In this document: piece after piece, positions 26,642-38,406 of the stretch
Layout of the letters: each line of letters starts with the position of its first letter
Numbering within the stretch: position 1 is the first letter of the stretch
Assembly: GCA_964016885.1 (NCBI GenBank)
Contig: OZ024759.1
Coordinates: forward strand, 12,462,001-12,526,000
Length of the DNA stretch: 64,000 nucleotides
Origin: Eledone cirrhosa
Taxonomy: Eukaryota
Direction: 5' to 3'
Translations under genes and position numbers: made by a program
The notes under the pieces: model-generated
Databases searched by the model: none
Told to the model about the DNA's origin: nothing
The model's input: only the letters and a program-made list of their open reading frames with translations

Positions 26642-26673
<32 letters not shown>

Positions 26674-26692
26674 GCATCACTACCACCACTAC
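23830..26692. repeat. Low-complexity TG/TA, GA, TC and (ACT)n tracts
   Basis: TG/TA 23830-24600, GA 24840-25480, TC 25805-26520, (ACT)n 26626-26692. Confidence 0.85.
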
Positions 26693-26697
26693 TTCTA

Positions 26698-26711
26698 TGA
26701 CATCTAGCGGC
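26698..26711 (-). promoter_or_regulatory. Candidate CTCF site
   Basis: GCCGCTAGATGTCA resembles the CTCF core CCNCNAGRKGGCR; lies in unique sequence near an X-box. Confidence 0.35.
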
Positions 26712-26759
26712 AAATCTTAAATATTACGCAAAGAGGGGCAGATAACTTATTTAGACGGC

Positions 26760-26773
26760 GTTGCTATAGAAAC
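26760..26773. promoter_or_regulatory. RFX X-box motif
   Basis: GTTGCTATAGAAAC fits the X-box consensus; CAG/gtaatt donor at 26857/26858 downstream. Confidence 0.55.
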
Positions 26774-27185
26774 AAATAATTTGAAATATATATTTTCGTT
26801 GCTTGTTGAAAGCTGTCACAACACGTATATTAACTACAAAACAGTTAAATAAATCAGGTAATTTTACCTTTAACGGTGAGAAAAAAGGTGAATGTAGACA
26901 TCTTGTCCAGTCTTTTCTCCCCATATGTCTAAGGTTAATTTACAGTTAATATATATACATCGTGGCAGCTTTTCATATAAGAAAGGCAAATATATTTTCA
27001 AGTTTTCAAACTTTCCCAGTATCTTCGTTTATCAGTTTATTTTTTTTACAGTAAATAAGTTTTTATTATTATTCTGTTTTCTCTCACTTACTAATTCTTA
27101 TGTGACGAAATAGCTTTGACAATTAAATAAAGATCCGGTTTCTAAATTAACTGAAGAATGGATTTTTTAAAAACTAACATTATTT

Positions 27186-27905
27186 ACACCGGTGTCCGAA
27201 CTCAGAAGAACCAAACACCCACTGTCATCGCCTACGTCTCTCTTTCCCTCCACAATTCTCATTAAGATTGGCAGTATCGGTAGAGGGTCGGACGCCATGC
27301 TTTGACGCATGGAGTTACGGTCTTTGCTATTCTGAGTTCAAATTCCGCCGAGGTTAACTTTGCCTTTCGTCGTTACGAGGTCGATGAAATAAAAGTACCA
27401 GTAATGTACTGGGTAATTGCTGGCCTTGTGCCAAAAGTAGAAACAATTATTATTAGTAAATGGGGTCCCACGTGCTGGCCACCCCACAGACCCGGCAGAC
27501 AGAATGGAGAAGGCGTTTCCATGGAGGACGGTGAGAGAAATGCGCTGGAAGATCCATTCCAGTTCACGAGGCTCACTCCTGCGTCTATGGTGGTGAGTAG
27601 AGCGGTGGCCCTAGGGCCAAGGACACCAGAAGTCTGCACTGCTAGAGGCTCGACTGCAAACTTTCGGAGAACGCCCGATATTTGGCGAGTTAACAACCCT
27701 CCTCAGCCCAAAGTGCAGCAGAGCCTGTGGCATACCAGACGAGAGGTTTTCCACTGCGACAAAGATGATCTTCTCTATTATCGGAGCTGTGATCTCTCAA
27801 TTCAGAGAAGTAATGGCTCTACCTGAAGTGATTCTCACTCTCTATTGAATAACGTTACTCTAAAGACCCTTTGGAGGAACCCCATTTCGGCCACTTGTAT
27901 TCGCA
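27186..27905 (-). mobile_element. RTE-like LINE 3' remnant, interrupted by SINE-B (27265-27450)
   Basis: Minus strand gives RIQVAEMGFLQRV...EPLLL*IERSQLR; 27455-27670 is paralogous to 47912-48133. Confidence 0.6.
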
Positions 27906-28467
27906 ATCGTATTCTTTTGTTTATTACCTAAGATTCATGACCAAAATTAAGGGTTGGCACGAATAACAAATAGAAAACAGCCAGTTTGGCTTTTACACCT
28001 ACCTCACTTCATAGATGTTTATACAAAAACAAAAACATTAAAAGAATATATCCTTGTGAAAGAATCGCGAGCAATTTATAATTGTTTCTACGTTAGGTAC
28101 AAGACCAGCAATTACCCAGTGTATTACTGGTACTTTATTTTATCGACCCCGTAAGGATGAAAGGCAAAGTTAACCTCGGCAATTTATAATGTTACTAAGC
28201 ATTTGTAATGTTATTTATGTATATATTTGTTAAGTTATTCTATGCTTTGTAAAATAAAATTGTTCTCCTTTTTAAACACACTATTAAAGGGGCCAAAAGG
28301 GGGAAAAGAATGAAGGAACGAAAGAAAGACAGGGAGTGAGGGATAGACACTGCACCCCAGCATTTAATTTTTATTAGGACCGAAATATAAAGGACAATAC
28401 AAAAACAGGAACAGTAGGGATTTATATAAATCAAATAGGAAGCCTTCACAGTGTACGCTACATGTGA

Positions 28468-28770
28468 TTGGAGGTTCCACTGAAGCAGGTAGAGAAGTTC
28501 AAGTATCTTGGGGCCATGTTCATGAGTGATGGAAGTCAGGAGGCTGAATTAGGTGCAAGAATTGTAGGTGTTGGTGCAGTAATGCACCAGCTTCAGTATT
28601 CAGTAATCAGAAGAAGGGAGGTAGGCGTAAAAGCCAAACTTGCTGTCTTCAATTTGGTATTTGTGCCAATCCTTATCTATGGTCATGAATCTTGGGTAAT
28701 GACCGAAAGAATAAGATTGCGAATACAAGCGACCGAAATGGGGTTCCCTCGAAGGGGGTAACGTAACTCG
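28468..28770 (+). mobile_element. RTE-like LINE RT C-terminal fragment
   Basis: LKQVEKFKYLG...PILIYGHESWVMTERIRLRIQATEMGF. Confidence 0.8.
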
Positions 28771-28786
28771 AGATGAGATCAGAAAT

Positions 28787-29465
28787 ATAATTCCCTAGAT
28801 CCATCACAGCTATGTCCTGTGTCTCCCCAAAACTAGTGTCCTTAGGGCATCACCATCTTGTTATCCTCGGTCTCCCTCTGCCAGTATGGCCGCATCAGTG
28901 AGCATGTCCAGTTAACTTCAGTCTCCTCTGTGTCACTCTCAAGTTGACTTTTGGGAGGCCCCCGTACAGCTCTGATTTCTTCAACTGTAGTGTATACTGA
29001 CTAATGTTCAGTCATCCTCAGCATCCTAACCCTAACCCTAACCCTAACCCATCCACCATCTGAGTGAGGCTCTTGGTCAGTGTCCAAGTCTCAGACCCGT
29101 TCAATAACACAGACTCCACTGTAGCGACGAAGGTTTGACTTCCACACCAACCTCAAACTTTGCTCTTCCACTCCACCACATCACCCCCTGTGTTCCCAAT
29201 CTCTGTTCCCAGACACAGGAAGTCCTCAACCAACTCTAGCAGCTTCCTGCCCACATTCATAATTTTCTCTGTCTTCTTAATGTTCTCTACCAGAAACTTC
29301 GTCTTATTCTCATTCATGTTCAGCTCCACACTCATCGACACAGTCTCCACCTCTCGCACCAACTCCTCTGACCCCTTCAATGTGTTTGTCACCGGAGCTA
29401 TGTCGTCTGCAAATTCAGCACCTGATATCTTTTTAGCCTTCGCTCTCCTGCTGTGAGCCGGTGTT
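28787..29465 (-). mobile_element. Decayed LINE fragment (RTE-like family 2)
   Basis: ADDIA motif at about 29400, NENKTKF, FLCLG; same family as 30001-30680. Confidence 0.75.
29025..29050. repeat. Interstitial telomeric repeat (CCCTAA)4
   Basis: CCTAACCCTAACCCTAACCCTAACCC inside the LINE remnant. Confidence 0.85.
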
Positions 29466-30000
29466 ACAGAAACATGGAGTGTGTGTGTCTATATGTATAT
29501 ATAGACACACACACTCCATGTTTGTGTGTGTGCGTGTGTATGTGTGTATCCCGGGTTCAATCGGGGGCATCCACAGTAAGTAAGGTACTCAATACATAGC
29601 GAAGTATAAATATTTAATATAGAAATGGCTTCTACAGTAGAACTGTTTCATTTAAAGGAAATCACCAGGAGATATATATATATATATAGTTATACTTGGG
29701 GAGGGTCATATTGTTGTAATAATATTGCCAGAAATAACAGAACACACTCACTATTTGGCTGGTTTTCGCTTCTGTATCTTTTATATCTCCATAGTTAATT
29801 TATTTGGCAATCAATGTCTATCATTGATTGGCCAGCAGTTAAAAATACAGATATAAATATATATATATAGTCTATCAAAGTTCTTTCGTTGCACATCTGC
29901 AACATCATCGGTGGTACTATTATGTTCCCTCCTATTGTATGTCTACGCCATTTTTTGTATTACTATATATATAAACTATTGTAAATAAACATATATTTTC

Positions 30001-30680
30001 TAGGGCGGGTAAAATTCCCGAGATCCATGGACGATTTCTCTCCAGCGGTCTCTGACCCTTATTATCGCTGCAATGTCCTGCATCTCCAATAGACCAGTGT
30101 CTGTCCTTAGGGCATCAACATACGTTAACCTTGGTCTTCCTCTTCAAGAATGTCCATGTAGGGGCTCCCACAGGAACACTGAGTGCAATGTCAACTCTGG
30201 ATGTCGGTGAGCATGTCCAGCTAACCTCAGTCTCCTCTGTGTCACTTTTGAGCTGACTTTTGGGAGGCTCCCATACAGCTCTGAGCTTTTCATCCTCAGT
30301 GTATACTGATTAATGTTCAGAGCCATCCTCAGCATTCTCGTGTAGCACCCATCCACCATCTGAGTGAGTTTCTTGGTCAGTGTCCAAGTCTCAGTTTTCA
30401 GGTCTTTATGAAGGTCCGACTTCCACACTGATCTCAAGCTGTGGCACACTGCCCAGGCTTTGCTCTTCCTCTCAACCACATCATCTTCCGTATTCCCAAT
30501 CTTTGTCCTCAACCAATTCTAGCGGCTTCCCGCCTACATTAGTGATCCCCTCTGGCTTTTCAACATTCTCTACCAGATATTTTGTTTTAGTCTCATTTAT
30601 TCTCAGCCCCACACTCATCAACACAGCCTCAACCTCCTGCATCAAATCCTCTACCTCCTTCTCTGTATTTGTCACCAAAT
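30001..30680 (-). mobile_element. LINE 3' fragment (RTE-like family 2)
   Basis: TETWTLTKKLTQMVDGCYTRMLRMALN...RRLRLAGHAHRHPE; 3' end TCGGGAATTTTACCCGCCCTAG shared with 30997-31315 and 40269-40503. Confidence 0.8.
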
Positions 30681-30996
30681 GAAGACCAAAATCCGAAGAG
30701 GGCTTGATAAAGATTATATATATAATATATATATATAATCCGTAGAGCAAATATTTATTATTTGTACAGATTAAAGTTTAAGCAAAGAATCGCTGCTTTC
30801 ACCCTTTTATGGGATCTTTTGAAACTCCCGTAAAAGGGTGAAAGCAGCGATTCTTTTATTCTATATTAACTATTATATTTTCATAGTAAAGGCTTTATCT
30901 CACATAATATTCTCAAATTATATCGGAAATCCCACTGAGGTTAACTTTGCCTTTCATTCTTACGGGGCCGATAAAATAAAGTACCAGTAATCTATC

Positions 30997-31315
30997 TAGG
31001 GCGGGTAACATTCCCGAGATCCATGGATGAGTTCTCTCCAGCATTCTTCGTCCTTCATCATCGCCACCATGTCCTGCGTCTCCAAGACACCTGTGTCTGT
31101 CCTTAGGGCATCAATATATGTCAACCTCGGTCTCCCTCTTCTAGTGTGTCCGTATAGGGGCTCCCACAGGAGCAGAGTGCAGTGTCAACTCTGAATGTTG
31201 GTGAACATGTCCAGCTAACCTCAGTCTCCTCTGTTACTTTCGAGCTGATTTTTGGGAGGTTACCGTACAGCTCTGAGTTCTTCATCCTCAGTGTATACTG
31301 ATTAATGTTCAGCAT
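30997..31315 (-). mobile_element. LINE 3' fragment (RTE-like family 2)
   Basis: Homologous to 30001-30320. Confidence 0.78.
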
Positions 31316-31369
31316 CAGTAATGCAGTGGAGTAATTGCTGGCTTTATGCCAAAAGTAGAAACATTTATG

Positions 31370-31502
31370 TCGAATCTATAAGATTTTGATATTATTTATT
31401 TTGAGAATAATACCTTAACATCAGTATGAGTGGCCAGTTACAGCCCGGTTTGAACAGAAAGAGGTGAGAGAATTCTGGCCGGTTTAAATGCTAAAGGGTT
31501 AA
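31370..31502 (-). mobile_element. Partial piggyBac-like MITE
   Basis: Reverse complement of the MITE left half, ending GCTAAAGGGTTAA. Confidence 0.75.
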
Positions 31503-31684
31503 ACTTTAATCTGTATAAATAATATGTGTGTGTGTGGTGTGATGGACGTGAGAATAAGTACTTAATATCGAAGAAGGGTTTAATAATATTCTTATGGCCA
31601 GGAGAGATAGAAAGAGATATATACAGACAGACAGTTAAATAGATAGATATACAGACAAACAGACAGACAGATAGATAAATACAT

Positions 31685-33485
31685 AGATTTCTTTATTTGC
31701 CACAAGGGCGCACAAGAAAAGTGGACACTACAAAGACATGCCGGGGATTTTACATACAGTCGTGTAAAAAAATATAAAACAAACAATTATAACAATCGAA
31801 ATCCCCAATAGGGGGGAGGTGCCACAACTGGGTTGTTTAATACCCCGTAGATAGAACAACCCCCAACTCCAGGAGTATGTCCTTTAACCTACAGGCTTTT
31901 AAACAGAGAAGGCCCAATTTTTAAACAGAGAAGGCCCAATTTTTAAACAGAGAAGGCCCAATTTTTAAACAGAGAAGCCCATTTTTGAAAGACAGATAAG
32001 TAGATAGATAGATTTCTTTATTTGCCAGAGAGAGAGAGAGAGAGAGAGGTAGACAGATAGATAGATAGAGAGAGAGAGACATAGATATATTTCTTTATTA
32101 GCCACAGGGGCACAAAAGAAGGGGACAAATACAAAGGGGGAAGTTTACATACAATAAAAACGTGTAAAATGTTATCACAGATGGAATTTAAAAGTTAGTC
32201 GATTTTCCCCAATAGAGGGAGACAGTTTATATGGGTAACACAGACCCCCGAAAAAAATGTGCAACCCTCATCTCCAGGAGTACGAAGAGCTTGTACTCCT
32301 TTCCTCTCCTCCTCCTTTTCCTCAACCTACAGGCTGATATAGAGAGAAGGCCCATTCACTCGGGCCATTCTCGCCACTTTCACCCACCTTTCATAAAACT
32401 TGCTGGGGTACAGCACCTCTCTCTCCATCCTGATTCTTCTTCCAAAGTGGTATTTGAAAAAAAGAATCAGTTGTTGGCCGGAGAGAAAGGTGTCTGACCT
32501 CAGCCCTTTCAACCTTGTCCACCATACAACCTCTTTCGCCATAGCTATCACACAAAGGAAAACCGCCTCTCCTTCGTTTTTGAAGGAGGGTGGCGGTTTG
32601 ATCATGACAATGGACTCGGTGGTCAACTGGATTGGTCCCACCCGCGACAATAGTCGTTCTACATAGCCCCACAGGTCAGAGAGAGAGAGACATAGATAGA
32701 TAGATAGATAGAGATAGATATGTTTCTTTATTAGCCACAGGGGCACAAAAGAAGGGGACAAATACAAAGGGAGAAGTTTACATACAATAAAAACGTGTAA
32801 AATATTATCACAAATGCAATTTAAAAAACAATCGATTTTCCCCAATAGGGGGAAACATTTCATGTGGGTAACACATACCCCCGAAAAAATGTGCAACCCT
32901 CATCTTCAGGAGTACGAAGAGTTTGTACCCCTTTCCTCTCTACCTCTTTTTCCTCAACCTACAGGCTGATATAGAGAGAAGGCCCATTCACTCGGGCCAT
33001 TCTTGCCACTTTCACACACCTATCATAAAACTTGCTGGGGTACAGCACCAGAGTCGTCTTAACAGCATTATAGCCCCCCCCCCCCCGGGCAAAGCAGAGC
33101 ACTGGGGCCCCTACCTACACAACCACTCATAGGAATAAAAATACAAATGGGCCCCCTATCCTCGTGGGACCCCCAGGCAACTGCCCAGCGTGCCCATGCG
33201 TTAAGATGGCCCTGGGTACAGCACCTCTCTCTCCATCCTGACTCTTCTTCCAAAGTGGTATTTGAAATAAAGAATCAGTTGTTGGCCGGAGAGAAAGGTG
33301 TCTGACCTCAGCTCTTTCAACCTCGTCCACCATACAACCTCTTTCGCCATAGCTATCACACAGAGGAAGACCACCTCTCCTTCGTTTTTGAAGGAGGGTG
33401 GCGGTTTGATCATGACACTGGACCCAGTGGTCAACCGGATTGGTCCCACCCGCGACAATAGTCGTTCTACGTAGCCCCACAGGTC
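31685..33485 (-). mobile_element. Cluster of 3' fragments of the L1/Tx1-like LINE family
   Basis: Segments at about 31685-31895, 32090-32676, 32722-33050 and 33214-33485 match the ORF2 end (DLWGYVERLLSR...SLYISL) and 3' UTR of 37413-38000; separated by AGAT/AG repeats. Confidence 0.85.
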
Positions 33486-33809
33486 GGTAGATAAATATAT
33501 ATAGAGAGAGACATAGATAGAGAGATAGAGAGATAGGCAAATAGACTGAGACATATATATATATATATATATATATAAGTAGAAGTTGTATTAATTTGTT
33601 GGAAGCCCAACAAACATAAATGTTTATAACTGATTTAGAGCACTCAACAGTGTAAATATTCAATGATATTAAATAAATGGAAACTATATTTATAAAACCA
33701 TATTTATTTTGTTGTCAACATTGTTGTCTTGGTACCCTTGAAATATATATAATAAAATAAATATGGTTTTATAAATATAGTTTGCATTTATTTAATATCA
33801 TTGTATATC

Positions 33810-34330
33810 AAAGTACAATAACTAGGGTAAGAACGGGATGGAAGAAGTTTAGGGAACTACTACCACTGCTAGCTGCAAAAGGCTTCTCCCTCAGAATGAA
33901 AGGCAGACTGTATGATGCGTGTATCCGAACAGCGATGTTGCATGGTAGTGAGACCTGGGCGCTGAAGGTGGAAGACTTACGTAGATTAGAGAGAAACGAA
34001 GCCTGGATGCTCCGATGGATGTGTAACACTAATATACGTGAATGACAAAGCATAAAGGAATTGAGAGAGAGACTGAGCATAAGAGGAATCAAATGCTGCG
34101 TGCAGGAGAGGCGGTTACGCTGGTATGGACATGTGATGCGTATGAAGGATGACAGCTGCATAAAAAGGTGCAGAGCACTAGAAGTTGATGGAAACCGCGG
34201 AGTGGGGAGACCCAAGATGACTTGGGATGAGGTGATAAAAGCCGACCTTACCCAACTACACCTCTCAAAGACAATGACACACGACCGTGACTTCTGGCGT
34301 CATGCAGTAATACAGGGTACCCAACCTCCC
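33810..34330 (+). mobile_element. RTE LINE RT C-terminal fragment
   Basis: GWKKFRELLPLL...AMLHGSETW...ERRLRWYGHVMR...GRPKMTWDEVI with an internal stop. Confidence 0.85.
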
Positions 34331-34655
34331 ATGGGTACATGCTGAAGCATATAAACAATATGCCCCCACTCCCCCCACCGCAAGGTGGTCGTGGAGGTGC
34401 CACAGCAAAAAAAAGCACCCAGCCCACACTGTAAAGTGGACGTGTAGGCGCCACGAAAAAGCACCCAGCACTCACTGTAAATGAGGTTGGTGTTAGGAAG
34501 GGCATCCAGCTGTAGAAATCAAGCCAGATCAGTTCCTGTATGAGCAAGGCATGGTCAGCCGACCAGACACTGCCCACAACAGGACAACCCGTCTAACCCA
34601 TGCTAGCGTGGAAGAACGGACGTAAAACGGTGATGATGATGATGATGATGATGAT
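34331..34655 (+). mobile_element. SINE-A-related element with (GAT)n tail
   Basis: Near-identical to 54294-54615. Confidence 0.8.
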
Positions 34656-34811
34656 ATATATATATTGTTATACTTTGGGAGGGTCATGTTGCCAATAAGA
34701 AACACACGCACCAGTTGCTTTCACTTCAATTTATTATAAAGTAAATTTATAAATTTAGGAATTTATAAATTTCCGGTTGGTTGGTTGGTTCCACAACCAG
34801 ATGATTGTTCA

Positions 34812-35728
34812 TATATTGTCAAAGTTCTTTCATCACACATTCTGTGACCTCTTCAGTGACTAGGGATTCTTTTCTTTGTTTTTGTGCCTCTCCTTTGTTC
34901 TGTCCTACGCCATCTTGTTTTTGTGTGTGTTGTGTGCTTAGTTTGCGCATGTGTTACATCCGGGTGTCTGTGTGTGTTTATATTTGTTTATTTATTTGTT
35001 TATTTACATGTTACTGGTTGGTTGTTTGTTCTGTGTGTGTGTGTGTTTTCATTTTGTCCTTAATTGTAAGTTGTGATGTTGCTATTCCATTCATGTTTTC
35101 TATTTAATTTTGGTTGGAGTTCATTTATGTTTATTGCTTCTGTGATTTGTCTAAACATTGCATCTTTTCTGTGTGTAGATTCTATTTTTATTTCTATGTT
35201 CTCTAATTTACCCTTATGTTCTATTTTAGCATGTTGGTGGAGTACAGATGATTCTTTACTATCTTGAAGCTCTCACCAGTGTTCATTTATCCGTTCCCCT
35301 ATACTACAAGCTGTCTCACCTATGTACACTATATTCTTATCTCTACATTGTCCTTCAGTACATCTTATGCTATATACTACATTTCTAGTTTTACAGTTAA
35401 TATGGGGCCTTAATTTACAGATTATACATTTCTTATCTATACAGGGAGGTCTTTGAAAAGGGAAAAAATGGTAAATAATGATACAAATGGGACCTGCCCC
35501 TTGTATAGGAGCAAATTTTGGAATAGAATAGAAAGAACTCGGAATAAGGTTAATAGAATACACTCATGGTATGATAGCAATAAATACCAGAGTGTAATGT
35601 TCATCGATACAACCCCTAGAGGTGAATTAGCTTACAAATTTAGAAGGGCCCTAGATAAACATAAACTCAATATTAAGATAGTAGAAAGACCAGGTACCTC
35701 TATAAAAACACTTATTAGAAATACATAC
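34812..35728. mobile_element. PLE 3' fragment with inverted 5' segment
   Basis: Minus strand from 35461 down: PFQRPPCIDKKCIIC...VVYSIRC...YIGET (GIY-YIG), 3' UTR and hammerhead at 34818-34860. Plus strand 35463-35728: CPLYRSK...KIVERPGTSIKTLIRNTY. Both are homologous to ORF 54959-56752. Confidence 0.9.
34818..34860 (-). ncRNA. Minimal hammerhead motif in PLE 3' end
   Basis: guca CUGAAGA ggucacagaaugugugau GAAA GAAC UU ugac; 4-bp stem I. Confidence 0.65.
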
Positions 35729-38000
35729 ACGGACGCCGAGTTCTGCGAAAGACCGATCATGGACACTGAGATACGGGACGCTCTGGGCCGCTGCGGGAAA
35801 CGCAAGTCACCCGGTCTAGATGGTCTACCCTACGAATTTTAAAGACGAGAACAAGGGGGACGAAATTAACAACTTCAGGCCCATAACTCTGCTCAACACA
35901 GAGTTAAAGATTTTGGCCAAGGTGCTAGCGACGAGGTTGGCGCTTGTCGTCGAGAACCTGGTAGGGAAAGCGCAAACGTGTGCAATCCCGACCAGGTCCA
36001 TACACGACAACCTCCACCTCATGCGATACATCATAGAGAGGGTGGGTAGTAAACCCGGCTTCGGTGGGGCTCTGATCAACTTGGATCAGTCTAAGGCATT
36101 CGATAGGGTCGACCATCGATACTTGGAAGCGGTTCTCAAGGCGGCCGGTTTCGGTCCCGTGTTCAGAGGATGGATCGAGGCGATGCACACCAGCATCTGC
36201 TCGAGGGTCAAGGTGAACGGCTACCTATCGGAGCCGTTCGCAATCACGCGTTCCATTCGACAGGGATGCCCTCTCTCCTCCATTCTGTATGTATTGACTC
36301 TAGAGCCACTACTGCGGAAATTGGAGCTGTTGCAGGGCATCCCCCTAGAACCGGGACTGCGCAAAGCGGCGTCGGCTTATGCCGACGACGTGACAGTAAT
36401 GGTGTCGAGCACCTCGGAAATCGGGGTGATCGGCAACATACTGAAAGAATACGAAACGCTGACGGGAGCAAAACTAAACCCAGACAAGTCTGTCGGTTTG
36501 CAACTCGGTACGTGGAGAGGCAAACCGATGACATCCGACAGCGTCGTTGGACGCTGGACGGACGGACCGGTGAAATTGCTCGGGGTCTGGTTCGGTCCAG
36601 ACCTCCAGGTGGAGAAAAACTGGGACGAGGTCACGGCCAAGGTGTTTGCACTCACTCAGAAGTGGGCAGAGTGCAAACTGTCCTTGAAAGGTCGAGCGGA
36701 GGTGGCGAACACTTTCATAGCGTCCGTCATCTACTACCGCTTGACTGTCGTGCCTTGTCCCCGTGAACACCTCGCCAAGATGGAACGCATGCTCTTCCAG
36801 TTTCTGTGGAAGAAGCAGGCTCCGCTGGTGAGGAGATCCGTCTGCTGTCAGCACCCTTCCAACGGAGGGCTGGGAATGCCGTGGCTGATGATGCGCAAAC
36901 ATGCGCTGAGGCTGCGGCATCTCCAGGTATTCCTCACCGACCCCCAACCGGTGTGGGCACCGTTTGTGAGACAGGCTTTCCCACAGCTCGTCTCGCTAAC
37001 GGAGCTGCAGTCCTGGGTGAAGAAAAGACCGAAAACGATGGGCGCCTGGCACATTGAATGCGCTCAGGCGCTCACAGTCCTCTGGCAAGCGGGCGCAGCA
37101 ATCAGTGGATACTCCACTTCGACATTCTATAGAGGGATTGTACGTTACAAGGGCGACGACGTGCTCGGAGAGACTCTGGGCGTCGAAGACGATGAGCTCA
37201 CCAGTATGTTTGGTAGGACTTTCCGCCCGGGACCTATGGACAACTTCCAGAGGTCCCTGGCCTGGCAGTGCTACCGAGGAGCTCTACCGGTTCGTGACAA
37301 AATCTACAGGCACGGACGCCCTGGCAGGGATCCTTCCAAGAGGACGTGTCCAAGATGTGCGCAGGACATTGAAACAGTTCTGCACGCAATTGTACACTGC
37401 CCGGGCGTAAGCGACCTGTGGAACTATGCAGAACAACTGCTGTCGCGTATGGGACAAATACAGTTGACTGCCGAATCCATAGTAAGGATCAAACCGCCAG
37501 ACTCTTTCAAAAACGAAAGAGAGGCGGTTTTCCTCTGTACGGTGGCTATGGTGAAAGAAGTTATATGGTGGACGAGGTTGAGAGGACTGAGGACAGATGC
37601 CTTTCTCTCCGGACAACAATTGATTCCATTCTTTAAGTATCACTTTAGAAGGAGAATCAGGGTGGAGAGAGAGGCACTGCACCCCAGTAAATTTACTGAA
37701 AGGTGGGTGAATGAAGCGAAAATGGCCCGAGTGATTGGGCCTTCTCTGTTTATAAGCCTGTAGGTTGAGGAAGAGAGCAAAAGGAAGAAAGGAGCACTTG
37801 CACAACACGCTCCTTGAGTTGAGGGTTGTTCTATCGACGGGGTATTAAACAACCCATTTGTGGCGCCTCCCCCCTATTGGGGATTTCGATTGTTGAAATT
37901 GTTTGTTTTTATATTTTTTTACACGACTGTATGTAAAATCCCCGGCATGTCTTTGTATTGTCCCCTTTCTTGTTGCGCCCTTGTGGCTAATAAAGAAATC
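35729..38000 (+). mobile_element. 5'-truncated L1/Tx1-like non-LTR retrotransposon
   Basis: KSPGLDGLPYEF, then a deletion/frameshift, then NFRPITLLN, LDQSKAFDRV, QGCPLS, YADD and a CCHC-type motif CPRC-X8-H-X4-C; 3' UTR ends AATAAAGAAATC. Confidence 0.92.
35841..37763 (+). pseudogene. LINE ORF2 RT plus zinc-knuckle region, ~640 open codons, endonuclease missing
   Basis: ORF track 35820-37763 carries the RT motifs; N-terminus is lost. Confidence 0.85.
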
Positions 38001-38038
38001 AATATAAGATCAAAAGATGGTTAAAGGAGTTCCATATA

Positions 38039-38105
38039 TTTTATTATGCGCATTTCAAAAACAAACATCATCAAGCAATAATATTTGTGTTTTCATCAGA
38101 TAAAA
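38039..38105 (-). ncRNA. Type-I hammerhead motif (mirror copy)
   Basis: Reverse complement of 38242-38308. Confidence 0.78.
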
Positions 38106-38241
38106 CAGGAGAACATGATATGAAGGCTAAAAAAAAAACACTTGTTGATAGTGCAGTTTTAAATCAACATATCAGATATGTTGATTTAAAACTGCACTAT
38201 CAACAAGTGTTTTTTTTTAGCCTTCATATCATGTTCTCCTG

Positions 38242-38308
38242 TTTTATCTGATGAAAACACAAATATTATTGCTTGATGATGTTTGTTTTTGAAATGCGCA
38301 TAATAAAA
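38242..38308 (+). ncRNA. Type-I hammerhead ribozyme motif
   Basis: uuuuau CUGAUGA aaacacaaaua...uguuuguuuuu GAAA UGCGCA UA auaaaa; palindromic stem III AUGCGCAU. Confidence 0.78.
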
Positions 38309-38340
38309 TATATGGAACTCCTTTAACCATCTTTTGATCT

Positions 38341-38346
<6 letters not shown>

Positions 38347-38406
<60 letters not shown>

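Larger units (their letters stand above)
38001..38346. repeat. Near-perfect 346-bp palindrome carrying a hammerhead on each strand
   Basis: Arms of about 172 bp around a single A at 38174; the only difference seen is A10 versus T9. Confidence 0.95.

Noticed and set aside
26868-26901. Minus-strand ATG mini-exon (MSTFTFFLTVK/gtaaaa) as an upstream TMEM39 start
   Set aside because: No homology support; the conserved MPSGRR start at 23718 is sufficient. A UTR exon cannot be excluded without RNA data.
35273-35275. In-frame TGA in the PLE GIY-YIG domain as possible selenocysteine
   Set aside because: It aligns to Gly (HWGELK) in the intact paralog, not Cys, so a nonsense mutation is simpler; ORF 54893-56752 has no in-frame TGA.
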